From IMG/VR virus record IMGVR_UViG_2695420482_000015: a DNA stretch of 38,662 nucleotides, one strand, 5' to 3'. This DNA comes from a virus. Its lineage: Duplodnaviria > Heunggongvirae > Uroviricota > Caudoviricetes. Positions 27,648-36,531 of this stretch are shown here, piece by piece. The translations under genes were made by a program, and so were the position numbers. Each line of letters opens with the position of its first letter. Within the stretch, counting starts at the first letter, position 1. A model generated the notes under the pieces. It was given only the letters and a program-made list of their open reading frames with translations. It searched no databases and was not told the DNA's origin.

Positions 27648-28842
27648 CCGAATAGTAAGACTTCATGCAGTGAATCAAGTACTGCATGAAGTCAAGGGCT
27701 GGTTTTGTGTACCAAAAATAAACAGTGATAGCGGTAATAATTCCCATAACTAGAACACCACGTATAATCCAGAACGTACGTTTCTGCGTGTCTAGTCGCG
27801 CAGAAATACTGCTAAATACACCAGCCACGTCATCTTTAATGAAGGAATATTCCTTATTAATCTGTTTTTCTTTGTATTCAATTTCTTCGCCTAAGGCCTT
27901 TATAGATTGCATCTGGTTCGAAAGTGCCAGCCAGATTAACGTTGCAGCAAAAATGCATCCCAGAAGAATTATTGTGTTTGTTATCCCTTGGCCTGACCAT
28001 TTCGTAGCCACTTTGAATTGGGTAGCTACGATAACAGAGGCAACAGGAATGCCAAGTATATGGTTCTGGATATCTGAAAACGCTTTGTGGATTTTACCCA
28101 TTTCTTCGACTTTTGCAGCACGCAGTTGATCCATTACTTTGTCATAAGAGAATCCAGAAGAGTAGATACGATACCCTTTCAGAAACTTTTCATGCAGACG
28201 CTGAATATTGTCCAGTAAATAAGCGAATACTAGAGGTGAATCAATTCCATCACTAACTGCTTGGATACTTTCAATCAGAATATCTAGCTTCTGATCCTTA
28301 TGGGTATCATCATTGAAACAAGCTATAAGGTTATCAAGATACTCTCTTTGCAAATTTTGTACATTTTCTGCAGCGAAGTGCGGTAATAGCTTGATAACTT
28401 CTTTTTTCAGAAAAACTAACTGACAAGTTGAGTTATCAAAGTAGGCCGCGGCCTCTTTTAGCAGGTTAACGAACTCGAGAATCTTCCGGTAGTTGCTGAT
28501 GAAAACGGGGATATCTTCATCATCATTACGAAACTTTGTTTCTAGGATGAAGTAATTAGCTGGCTCAAGGCACTGATGCTTTGGAGCATTTAGCAATTTT
28601 TCATGGGTGGAAAACACAAGTCCCAGTCCACTCCGTGGTGACGTCACACGTAGGATGATCGTGTTACCTGGAGCGATAGTGCCTGTATCAATAGAAAGAC
28701 CATATTCACGAGGATCATCAAGCAAAGTATCAACCAGATCACAATCGGACTGATCTAAGAGCAACAGCGAACCGACACGAAACCCCTCTTGGAATTCCAT
28801 ACGACGATACAGATCTGTCAGCATCTCAAATGAAATCGCCAC
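27637..28842 (-). CDS. Hypothetical protein with soluble N-terminal domain and two C-terminal TM helices (candidate effector)
   Basis: 401 aa; GTG start 2 nt after the upstream stop with GAGG RBS (translational coupling); TM segments ITNTIILLGCIFAATLIWLALS and FWIIRGVLVMGIITAITVYFWY; AT-rich. Confidence 0.7.
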   Translation of the reverse strand: MAISFEMLTDLYRRMEFQEGFRVGSLLLLDQSDCDLVDTLLDDPREYGLSIDTGTIAPGNTIILRVTSPRSGLGLVFSTHEKLLNAPKHQCLEPANYFILETKFRNDDEDIPVFISNYRKILEFVNLLKEAAAYFDNSTCQLVFLKKEVIKLLPHFAAENVQNLQREYLDNLIACFNDDTHKDQKLDILIESIQAVSDGIDSPLVFAYLLDNIQRLHEKFLKGYRIYSSGFSYDKVMDQLRAAKVEEMGKIHKAFSDIQNHILGIPVASVIVATQFKVATKWSGQGITNTIILLGCIFAATLIWLALSNQMQSIKALGEEIEYKEKQINKEYSFIKDDVAGVFSSISARLDTQKRTFWIIRGVLVMGIITAITVYFWYTKPALDFMQYLIHCMKSYYSVKS

Positions 28843-28844
28843 GA

Positions 28845-29852
28845 TTAAACCTCAGTCATCCACATTTCCCTAAATTCTTCAGGTACATTACGTAGGGTGA
28901 TAATATTTGTTTCCGGATCATAATCAATATAGCCTTCAGTTTTCCCTTCCCGGTCAAACTTAAGTTCCCAATATTTAGACTTGCCTTTAAAAGATACCAG
29001 AGCCCGAATGACTCGACCATCAGGAACGAAGCCATCCGATAACTCCAACTCTTCAGCAGCAAGTTTACCAGATAACTCCTCGGGAGCCTGGGGCCAAATG
29101 GCATTAACAAGGGTTTCAAGACTAAGTGGTTCACCAGCCTTACTTAGTGCATGTAAGTGTTCAAACGCACTCTTAAGAAATGCATCTTTTTCAGCGCCGT
29201 CAAGTCCTTTCTCTGCCGCAAATGCTTTTAAAACGTCACGTAACTTTTCAGACTCTCGTTTGGCGATTAAGACATCATTACAGCCGAGGAACTGTTTAAA
29301 ATAGTTTGAAACATTACCTTGCCCCTTAAGAAAACTGATATAGCGCTCTGCGCCACTTTCCCACGCGGTTAAGTCAATGCGCCCAGCCATACGCAGCTTA
29401 GCAATATCAAGATAGGTACTATCTTGGATGTTAAAATCATCTGTGACAGTGGATCCAATGGTAGCGCTTACAATAGCTATCAACAGGTGTTCATTGTGTC
29501 CTATCACGATATTTGCAAAAAGAACATAACCACCAGTAGCCATGTTTTCTCGCTGAGAACGTTCCGTCAGGTGATGCATCATTCGGCAGGAACTTTGGTA
29601 GAAATCATCAACACCTTCGAGAAAGTCCCCAGCCATTCGTTCCATAGGATAGTTATCCGTATCGCCTTCAAAATAGCCATAACCTTTACCTGTGCGTCCT
29701 GCATATTTTGCACAAATATCGTTTATAAGGCGCTGGGAGGCTTCAGTAACTAGACCTTCTTCAGGACTCAATCTCTCAGAAGCGTCTCCATTTTGTTGTT
29801 TGTCTAAAATGTGAACTACAACGTGTTTAACTTCAATGGTCTGCTCAGACAT
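28845..29852 (-). CDS. Nucleoid-associated protein NdpA/YejK-like (NA37 family) paralog, phage-encoded
   Basis: 335 aa, same length as E. coli YejK; recalled YejK blocks align (GGYVLF…LLIAIVS; …YLDIAKLRMAGRIDLTAWESGAERYISFLKGQG…; C-terminal …YDPETNIITLR…). From memory, no search run. Confidence 0.65.
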   Translation of the reverse strand: MSEQTIEVKHVVVHILDKQQNGDASERLSPEEGLVTEASQRLINDICAKYAGRTGKGYGYFEGDTDNYPMERMAGDFLEGVDDFYQSSCRMMHHLTERSQRENMATGGYVLFANIVIGHNEHLLIAIVSATIGSTVTDDFNIQDSTYLDIAKLRMAGRIDLTAWESGAERYISFLKGQGNVSNYFKQFLGCNDVLIAKRESEKLRDVLKAFAAEKGLDGAEKDAFLKSAFEHLHALSKAGEPLSLETLVNAIWPQAPEELSGKLAAEELELSDGFVPDGRVIRALVSFKGKSKYWELKFDREGKTEGYIDYDPETNIITLRNVPEEFREMWMTEV

Positions 29853-29922
29853 TAGCTATCCACCTTATTTTTTATTGCTTAATGGCAAATAATTTCTGCT
29901 ATATGTTCTCGTTAGGAACACA

Positions 29923-30330
29923 TTAACCCACATTTTTTAACCGCTCAATCGTTGCGGATAATTCCTTCAGTTGTTTTTCCATCTCAATCACACGCTGTTT
30001 TTCTTCAGCGCCTCGCATGAGATCTCGCCGAACCTCAGGATCTAACTGGTTTAGAAGTTCAAGCATTTTAAGGTCTGACGGGCTGAATTGATGTTGTGTT
30101 GGTACAGCAACAATTTCTTTAGATGGAATATGTTCTTTACCGGTAAGTAGCCAATCGATCGATACACCCAAATGGGTGCTTAGCGCAACAAGAGCCTCTG
30201 CGTTTGGTTCTCTCTCTCCACGCAAATAGTTTTGAAGTGAGCGATATGGAATTTTTGATAAGTTAGATAATGCCTTTATTGTCATGCCATTAGCATCCAT
30301 CACTTCACGCAATCTCTCTTTTGTACTCAT
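29923..30330 (-). CDS. Prophage repressor, XRE-family HTH (c-like)
   Basis: Start at internal Met (MSTKERLREV…), 135 aa; N-terminal HTH_XRE and C-terminal coiled coil; divergent from the ner-like early operon. Confidence 0.75.
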   Translation of the reverse strand: MSTKERLREVMDANGMTIKALSNLSKIPYRSLQNYLRGEREPNAEALVALSTHLGVSIDWLLTGKEHIPSKEIVAVPTQHQFSPSDLKMLELLNQLDPEVRRDLMRGAEEKQRVIEMEKQLKELSATIERLKNVG

Positions 30331-30346
30331 TTGAACATATCTCAAT

Positions 30347-30374
30347 TTGACACACTCATTTGGGTGTGTACAAT
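30347..30374 (+). promoter_or_regulatory. Early promoter (Pe-like): TTGACA, 16-nt spacer, TACAAT, with operator-like inverted repeat cacac-N8-gtgtg in the spacer
   Basis: Consensus -35 and near-consensus -10 read directly, ~45 nt upstream of the ner-like ATG, between divergent repressor and ner-like genes. Confidence 0.6.
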
Positions 30375-30418
30375 AGACCCAATAGAGTACATCATAACCT
30401 AACAGGAACACGGTGCAT

Positions 30419-30643
30419 ATGAACAAACAACAAGTTCGGGCACGGCTGGTTGAACGAGGCAGTAGCTTGCGCCAGTTCGCGCTTAACGCGGGCTATGAAC
30501 CACGAACAGTCACCCAGGCAGTCAGTCGCTGGGCTGGTAAAAGTGAACTACCTCGCGGTCGTTTGACTTATCGGATTTTGCGAGATCTATCGGTTGCAAT
30601 AGGTAAAGAAGTTACCCCCGGTATCCTTAAGGAGGCGTCATGA
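30419..30643 (+). CDS. ner: Ner-like DNA-binding protein
   Basis: ~74 aa; ATG at 30419 preceded by AGGAAC; layout resembles Mu Ner/Nlp; first gene of the early operon. Confidence 0.6.
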   Translation: MNKQQVRARLVERGSSLRQFALNAGYEPRTVTQAVSRWAGKSELPRGRLTYRILRDLSVAIGKEVTPGILKEAS

Positions 30644-30948
30644 ATAAACCAAATACATCAAGCTCAGGTACCCGTATTTTGCGCGTTCTTAAGGCCTTAC
30701 GTGGCCACGCTTTGAACGGTGTTTCTAACGGGGAACTAGCGGTTGCACTGCACGAATCACCGGCAAACATCAACCGGGCACTTAACACGCTCATTGAAGA
30801 AGGGTTGGCTCTGAAACTAGAAAACGGGCGTTTCGCACCAGGCATCCAGTTGCTGCAGATCGCCATGGCCCACAGTAACGAGATGGCACGTGCACAGGAT
30901 CGCATTAACGAAATCAACCAACGTGTTATTTCAGGTAGTCGTTTGTAA
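30640..30948 (+). CDS. Small winged-helix transcriptional regulator (IclR-N-like HTH)
   Basis: 102 aa; …GTRILRVLKALRGHALNGVSNGELAVALHESPANINRALNTLIEEGLA…; ATGA overlap with ner-like gene. Confidence 0.55.
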   Translation: MNKPNTSSSGTRILRVLKALRGHALNGVSNGELAVALHESPANINRALNTLIEEGLALKLENGRFAPGIQLLQIAMAHSNEMARAQDRINEINQRVISGSRL

Positions 30949-30958
30949 GGAGTAATCA

Positions 30959-31870
30959 ATGGGACGCACCAAATCACCGGTTAGCACTGAACTGAACGTC
31001 GAGGTACCGCTGTCGGATGATCTCAATGTCAGTCTAAACGCCATGACACAGCATCGCATGGAAATCATGCAACAGTTCGGCGATGGTCTGCCCTATGAGC
31101 GCGATCGTGTTGTCCATGAGGCACGCTTTTATATGGCACAGAGCGCTGAGGCCATGCTGGAGGCAGGTAAGCGGCTGATAATCCTTAAGGAAAATGAACC
31201 ACACGGGGAGTTTATAAAGATTCTTGAAAGTGAGTTGGGGCTGGCATACCGGACATCTGTGAGAATGATGCAAGCATCGACAAAATACTTATCCCCGGCG
31301 CTGAAACCAAATGTGCCAACGTTGGCACATTTGGGAAAAGCCAAACTTTTCGAATTAATGACAGAAGACGACGAAGAGCTTGCCGAACTGGCCGACGGCG
31401 GCACAGTTGCCGGCCTGACGCTTGACGACGTTGATCGCATGTCAGTACGTGAATTGCGTCAGGCCCTGCGCGAAGCGCGCGAAACCAACGCAGCACAACA
31501 GCGCGTACTCGCTGACAAAAATGAAAAAATAGACTCACTCTCCACCAGACTGGAGAAGAAATCCCGTATTCAGCCGCCTGAGCCTGATGAAGAGGTTAAG
31601 AAGCTGCGGGCGGAAGTGACAGCATTAGCGGTTGAGGCGGAATCTGCTATCGCCGTTCGACTGTCCAGCGCTTTTGAGACGCTGTGCGCATATTGTGCTG
31701 AAAACATGATTGATACCCCCAGAGACTTCATGGCAGGCCTGGTCTGTCAACTGGAAAGCACAGCGCGTAGCCTGCGCTCCACATTTGACCTGCCGGATGA
31801 GCCAACAGGCAATGCCGCGCCTTCATGGCTGACTGAGCCGACGCCACAGATTAACGGGCTGGAGGCATAA
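30959..31870 (+). CDS. Hypothetical early protein
   Basis: 303 aa ORF with coiled-coil region, immediately upstream of the transposase. Confidence 0.5.
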   Translation: MGRTKSPVSTELNVEVPLSDDLNVSLNAMTQHRMEIMQQFGDGLPYERDRVVHEARFYMAQSAEAMLEAGKRLIILKENEPHGEFIKILESELGLAYRTSVRMMQASTKYLSPALKPNVPTLAHLGKAKLFELMTEDDEELAELADGGTVAGLTLDDVDRMSVRELRQALREARETNAAQQRVLADKNEKIDSLSTRLEKKSRIQPPEPDEEVKKLRAEVTALAVEAESAIAVRLSSAFETLCAYCAENMIDTPRDFMAGLVCQLESTARSLRSTFDLPDEPTGNAAPSWLTEPTPQINGLEA

Positions 31871-31873
31871 CCA

Positions 31874-33643
31874 ATGAATGCTGCCCTGACTGAACGACTG
31901 GTTTATGTCGCCCGCGCGGCACGTGACGCGGGGCATGGTAAACGCGGTGCAATATACGACGCTGCCTGTGCTGAACTTGGCATGTCCCGCGCCACTCTGC
32001 TGCGCAGGCTGAAGGAGGTCTCTGTGACTGATAAACGCAAAAAACGCGCTGATGCCGGACGCAGCGCCCTGACCCGCGACGAAGCCGCGCTGATATCTGC
32101 CACACTGCGTGAGGCCACCCGCAAGAACGGTAAGCGTCTCTATTCCATCGCGGATGCAGTGGAAACCCTGCGGGCTAACGGCTTTATCTCCGCAGGCAGA
32201 ACAGATGAAACCACCGGTGAGTTTTTCCCGTTGTCCGAAGATGCCATCAGTCGTGCCCTGCGTAACTATGGCCTGCACCCGGAACAACTGGATGCTCCTG
32301 CGCCGCATACCGAAGTGGCCAGTCTGCATCCCAATCATGTCTGGCAGATTGATGCCTCGCTCTGCACGCTTTACTACCTGAGCAATGGACACAAAGGGCT
32401 GCAGGTGATGGACAGCGCGAAGTTCTACAAGAACAAACCCGCTAACCTTGCCCGTATCGCCAGTGACCGCGTGTGGAGTTACGAGATTACCGACCATGCC
32501 AGCGGCTGGATTTACGTTGAGTATGTGACGGGTGCGGAATCCGGTGAGAACCTGTGTTCTGTGCTTATCAACGCCATGCAGGAGCGTGGCGGCGCAGACG
32601 TGCTGCACGGCGTGCCAAAAATACTCTATCTCGACCCCGGTTCGGCAAACACCGCGGGTATGACGAAAAACATGTGCCGCTCACTGGGCATTGACCTGAT
32701 AGCGCACAAGCCGCATAACGCCCGCGCCACCGGACAGGTGGAAAAGGCGCGTGACATTATCGAACGCAAGCTGGAGCCGGGTCTGAAGTTCCGGCCGGTT
32801 CACAGTCTGGAAGAACTCAACGCGCTGGCCGCGAAATGGCGCAGCCACTTTAACGCCACGGCTGTTCACAGCCGCCACGGTAAAACCCGCACGGATATCT
32901 GGCTGAAGATTACTGCTGAGCAGCTGAAAAAAGCGCCTTCCGTTGAGGTATGTCGTGAACTGGCTGTGGCGGCACCAGAACTCCGCAAAGTCACGCCAAA
33001 ACTTCGTGTCTCGTTCCGGGGCACTGAATTTGACGTATCAACGGTACCGGGCGTACTGGTTGGTGAAAAACTGATGATTACCCGTAACCCATGGCGCAGC
33101 GATGTGGCACAGGTGGTTCTGACCGGTGAGGACGGCCACGAGACGTTCTTCCTGGTCGAAGAGGTCAGAAAGAACGAGTTTGGCTTTGCTGAAGGCGCGG
33201 CGGTATTTGGCGAAAGTTACAAAGCCCTGCCGGAAACCCCGGCACAGATGGCGGCAAAAGAAACCGAAGCGCTGGTTACCGGTACAGACAACGCCGCAGA
33301 TGCAGCCGCCGCACGCAAGGCGAAGGCGCTGCCGTTCGGCGGGCGGCTTGACCCGTATAAACATATCGACGACACCACACTTCCGGCCTATATGCCGAAG
33401 CGTGGTCAGGCCTCTGACGTACGCGGGCCGCGCACTGAACAACGTCCCATGACTCATGTGGAGGCCGCGAAAGCCCTGCGCGATAAGTTCAGCGCCGACG
33501 GCCTTACCTGGACGCCGGAACATTACCGCCAGTTAACGGCACAGTACCCGGACGGCGTACCGGAAGCCGCACTGGATGAAGTCATGGCCACGCTGACCAC
33601 ACCGGCCCGCAGCAGTGTTATCAGCATTGTTAACGGCAACTGA
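31874..33643 (+). CDS. DDE transposase (integrase-core type; functional analogue of Mu A, BcepMu TnpA-like)
   Basis: 589 aa; candidate DDE triad in HVWQIDAS, ILYLDPGSAN and TGQVEKAR; followed by MuB-like ATPase; lacks the MuA N-terminal domain. Confidence 0.8.
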   Translation: MNAALTERLVYVARAARDAGHGKRGAIYDAACAELGMSRATLLRRLKEVSVTDKRKKRADAGRSALTRDEAALISATLREATRKNGKRLYSIADAVETLRANGFISAGRTDETTGEFFPLSEDAISRALRNYGLHPEQLDAPAPHTEVASLHPNHVWQIDASLCTLYYLSNGHKGLQVMDSAKFYKNKPANLARIASDRVWSYEITDHASGWIYVEYVTGAESGENLCSVLINAMQERGGADVLHGVPKILYLDPGSANTAGMTKNMCRSLGIDLIAHKPHNARATGQVEKARDIIERKLEPGLKFRPVHSLEELNALAAKWRSHFNATAVHSRHGKTRTDIWLKITAEQLKKAPSVEVCRELAVAAPELRKVTPKLRVSFRGTEFDVSTVPGVLVGEKLMITRNPWRSDVAQVVLTGEDGHETFFLVEEVRKNEFGFAEGAAVFGESYKALPETPAQMAAKETEALVTGTDNAADAAAARKAKALPFGGRLDPYKHIDDTTLPAYMPKRGQASDVRGPRTEQRPMTHVEAAKALRDKFSADGLTWTPEHYRQLTAQYPDGVPEAALDEVMATLTTPARSSVISIVNGN

Positions 33644-33653
33644 GGAGGGAAAC

Positions 33654-34820
33654 ATGCTGGTACTGAAGCAGCAACTGAAAGAGGCCCGTATTCCACAGGC
33701 GGTGGTGGCGAGAGCTGTCGATGTTTCTGAGGCCACGCTGGCCCAGATTGTGAATCATAACGCGTGGCCCCGCACCAGCCCCGGAGAAGTGCGCCGGCGT
33801 CTTGCGTCCTGGCTGGAAAGTCAGGGGATTGATACAACGAAGAGTTTTGATGCTGTACAGGGCGCGGCCACGCCCCGTACAGCGGGTACCACAGATAAAA
33901 CGAGCCTCAGTGAGGAAGAGAATATGTTACTCAAAAAACAGGTGTTATTTCCAGCAACCAAAAAAGCGTTTGGTCTTTTCCGTGACCCGTTCGCCGACGA
34001 AGCCATGCAGGGTTCTGATGATGTGTTCACCACCCCGGATATTCGCTACGTGCGTGAGGCGTTGTACCAGACAGCCCGTCATGGTGGGTTTATGGCCGTC
34101 ATCGGTGAGTCCGGTGCGGGTAAATCCACGCTGCGCCGCGACCTGACTGAACGTATCAACCGCGAGAATGCGCCGGTAATTGTTATCGAGCCATACATCA
34201 TCGCTATGGAAGACAACGATGTGAAAGGGAAAACCCTGAAGGCAGCAGCGATTGCCGAAGCCATTATCAGTACCATCGCACCACTGGAAAGCATCAGACG
34301 CAGTCAGGACGCCCGCTTTCGCCAGTTGCATCGCGTCCTGAAAGACAGCAGCCAGGCGGGGTTCAGCCACGTTCTGGTGATTGAGGAGGCCCACAGTCTG
34401 CCCATTCCGACACTGAAACACCTCAAACGCTTTTTTGAGCTGGAGTCCGGTTTCAAAAAACTGCTGTCCATCGTGCTGATTGGCCAGCCGGAACTGGCGA
34501 CAAAACTGTCTGAACGCAATATGGAAGTCCGTGAAGTCGTTCAGCGCTGTGAGGTGGTCGAACTTCTGCCTCTGGACAATAACCTTGAAGAGTTTCTGAC
34601 GTTCAAACTGCAACGGGCCGGTAAACAACTGACGGACATTATGGACGCCAGCGCAGTGGATGCCATACGTGCCCGCCTGAGCAATCCGGGAAGTCATCGT
34701 AAAAATATGGTCAGCCTGCTGTATCCGCTGGCCGTCAGTAACCTGGTAATAGCCGCCATGAATCTGGCCGCTGAAATCGGGGTTCCACAGGTCAACGCTG
34801 ACGTTGTCAAAGGGGTTTAA
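33654..34820 (+). CDS. Transposition helper ATPase (MuB/TniB-like AAA+)
   Basis: Start at ATG after GGAGGG; Walker A (GESGAGKST) and Walker B-like (HVLVIEEAH). Confidence 0.8.
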   Translation: MLVLKQQLKEARIPQAVVARAVDVSEATLAQIVNHNAWPRTSPGEVRRRLASWLESQGIDTTKSFDAVQGAATPRTAGTTDKTSLSEEENMLLKKQVLFPATKKAFGLFRDPFADEAMQGSDDVFTTPDIRYVREALYQTARHGGFMAVIGESGAGKSTLRRDLTERINRENAPVIVIEPYIIAMEDNDVKGKTLKAAAIAEAIISTIAPLESIRRSQDARFRQLHRVLKDSSQAGFSHVLVIEEAHSLPIPTLKHLKRFFELESGFKKLLSIVLIGQPELATKLSERNMEVREVVQRCEVVELLPLDNNLEEFLTFKLQRAGKQLTDIMDASAVDAIRARLSNPGSHRKNMVSLLYPLAVSNLVIAAMNLAAEIGVPQVNADVVKGV

Positions 34821-34822
34821 TA

Positions 34823-35092
34823 ATGAAATCCACCACAGGTATCAACCAGCAAATCAGCAAAGTGCAGTCAGCCATTATGGCGCTTAAGGCGACGAACACG
34901 GATGTACAAAGCATCACCATCAGGGGTAACAAACCTGTCATCCGCGTTTCCCGGAGTGCGCATTGCATGCGCATGCTTGAGCAGGGAAAGGCCTGTTATC
35001 TGTATACCGGTCATGACCACAGGGGACATTTCCGTCAGGGCGTTTTCGAACTGCACGGCTGTCGCGTCGTGTGGCCGGAATCTTTGTGGTAA
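34823..35092 (+). CDS. Hypothetical small early protein
   Basis: 89 aa ORF between the B-like and gam genes. Confidence 0.45.
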   Translation: MKSTTGINQQISKVQSAIMALKATNTDVQSITIRGNKPVIRVSRSAHCMRMLEQGKACYLYTGHDHRGHFRQGVFELHGCRVVWPESLW

Positions 35093-35119
35093 TCAGCACA
35101 ACAGGAGGAGTCATAAAAT

Positions 35120-35650
35120 ATGGCAAAAAGTACAAAAGGGGCAAAACGTATCAAAGCCGCAGCAGCACTCTGGGTGCCGGGGACACGCGAAGAGGTCATT
35201 GAGGGAATCAGACTGCTTGGTGACGCGCAACGTGAACTGGTCAGGGCTGAAACAGAAATGAATGACACCATTGGCGACATCACTGCACGTTATGCCCCGC
35301 TCACCGAGAGCCTGAAAAAACGCATGGCCGAACTGCAGTCCGGTATCCAGACATGGTGTGAGGCGCACCGTGATGAACTGACCGGCAACGGGAAGGTGAA
35401 GTTCGCTAACCTCACCACCGGCGAGGTGCAGTGGCGAAACCGTCCGCCGTCAGTCAGCATTCGCGGGGCGGATAATGTCATTGAACTGCTGAGACGTCTG
35501 GGGCTTGAGCGCTTTATTCGTGTAAAGGAGGAAATAAATAAAGATGCCATTCTGAATGAAAAAGAGGCTGTGAAAAATATTCCCGGTATTACCATAAAAA
35601 GTGATATTGAGGATTTTTCAATAATTCCTTTTGAGCAGGATGTGCAGTAA
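35120..35650 (+). CDS. gam: Host-nuclease inhibitor protein Gam (Mu Gam/Ku-like)
   Basis: 176 aa; close match to recalled Mu Gam along its length (MAK…KRIK…AAA…ETEMND…WCEA(N/H)RDELT…RPPSVSIRG…GITVKSGIEDFSIIPFEQ). Confidence 0.9.
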   Translation: MAKSTKGAKRIKAAAALWVPGTREEVIEGIRLLGDAQRELVRAETEMNDTIGDITARYAPLTESLKKRMAELQSGIQTWCEAHRDELTGNGKVKFANLTTGEVQWRNRPPSVSIRGADNVIELLRRLGLERFIRVKEEINKDAILNEKEAVKNIPGITIKSDIEDFSIIPFEQDVQ

Positions 35651-35747
35651 ACACACCACGTTAATTATTTAATAAAAACATTTTCTTTTTTATTCCGGCG
35701 TCAGCGCCGCGGGCTTCTGCACGCCGGAAACAGAGGAGAATTAAATT

Positions 35748-35942
35748 ATGATATTTAAATGTATTCAGTGCGAGAGGGATATAACAGCCCTGCGTTTTCA
35801 CAGCGCCATCGCCGTGATGTCCGGTAAGTATCACATACCTGCAGTACGTGTCACCCTGGTCTGCCCGTACTGCAGCCAGCATTTTTCGGCGGACGTGCCC
35901 GTCATGGAATTCTCCCGCCCTGACAGGGAGGACGCGCAATGA
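35748..35942 (+). CDS. Small zinc-ribbon-like protein (CxxC…CxxC)
   Basis: 64 aa with CIQC and CPYC pairs; RBS GAGGAG upstream. Confidence 0.5.
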   Translation: MIFKCIQCERDITALRFHSAIAVMSGKYHIPAVRVTLVCPYCSQHFSADVPVMEFSRPDREDAQ

Positions 35943-36211
35943 TTACCCCACAGGAAGCACGACAGCGCACCCGAACTCTTGTTGAACACTATGTCAACGA
36001 GTGTGAATGCCGCGACCTCACCGATGTGAAGCACGTCCTGACGGCGCTAATCAGCATGGCCACACAGGCCATTGTGGCGACCAACGGAAAGGAGGCTGCC
36101 CTGCAGGTACTGATGAACACACTCACCCACACGGCAGAGCATGAGGTGCCGTACCGGATGGAAACCACTGCAGAAGGCGGCCTGCACATCACCGTCAGCC
36201 GGAAGCACTGA
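35939..36211 (+). CDS. Hypothetical early protein
   Basis: 90 aa ORF, overlapping start and stop with neighbours. Confidence 0.45.
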   Translation: MITPQEARQRTRTLVEHYVNECECRDLTDVKHVLTALISMATQAIVATNGKEAALQVLMNTLTHTAEHEVPYRMETTAEGGLHITVSRKH

Positions 36212-36220
36212 GGGCGCGGC

Positions 36221-36517
36221 ATGACACGAAACACCGAACTCACCCGCACCGCCCTCTACCGTCTGGCCCTGCAGCGTTTCGGGCCGGACGCACAGGCCCT
36301 GAAACTGGCAGAAGAGGCCGCTGAACTGGCGGCCAGTGCCGCCCGCAACCTGAACGGACAGGGCAGCGAAAGTGACCTCGCGGCAGAGCTGGCAGACGTG
36401 GAAATCATGACAGAGCAACTGCGCCTTCAGGGGATGGACCGGCTGATTGACTTCCACAAACAGAAAAAACTGGAACGTCTGGCTGCACGACTGGGCGTGA
36501 TTTACACGAACGAGTAA
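36221..36517 (+). CDS. MazG-like nucleotide pyrophosphohydrolase (small, single-domain)
   Basis: 98 aa with paired acidic helical motifs (LAEEAAELAASA and AAELADVEIMTEQL), typical of the all-alpha NTP-PPase fold. Confidence 0.6.
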   Translation: MTRNTELTRTALYRLALQRFGPDAQALKLAEEAAELAASAARNLNGQGSESDLAAELADVEIMTEQLRLQGMDRLIDFHKQKKLERLAARLGVIYTNE

Positions 36518-36531
36518 CCGGGAGGCATTCA

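Noticed and set aside
31823-32608. 261-aa minus-strand ORF
   Set aside because: Antisense to the transposase gene; shadow ORF.
33945-34697. 250-aa minus-strand ORF
   Set aside because: Antisense to the MuB-like ATPase gene; shadow ORF.
35693-35729. Inverted repeat after gam as an intrinsic terminator
   Set aside because: The T-run is upstream, not downstream, of the hairpin on the transcribed strand, and the opposite strand is followed by an A-rich tract; treated as a possible leader structure instead.
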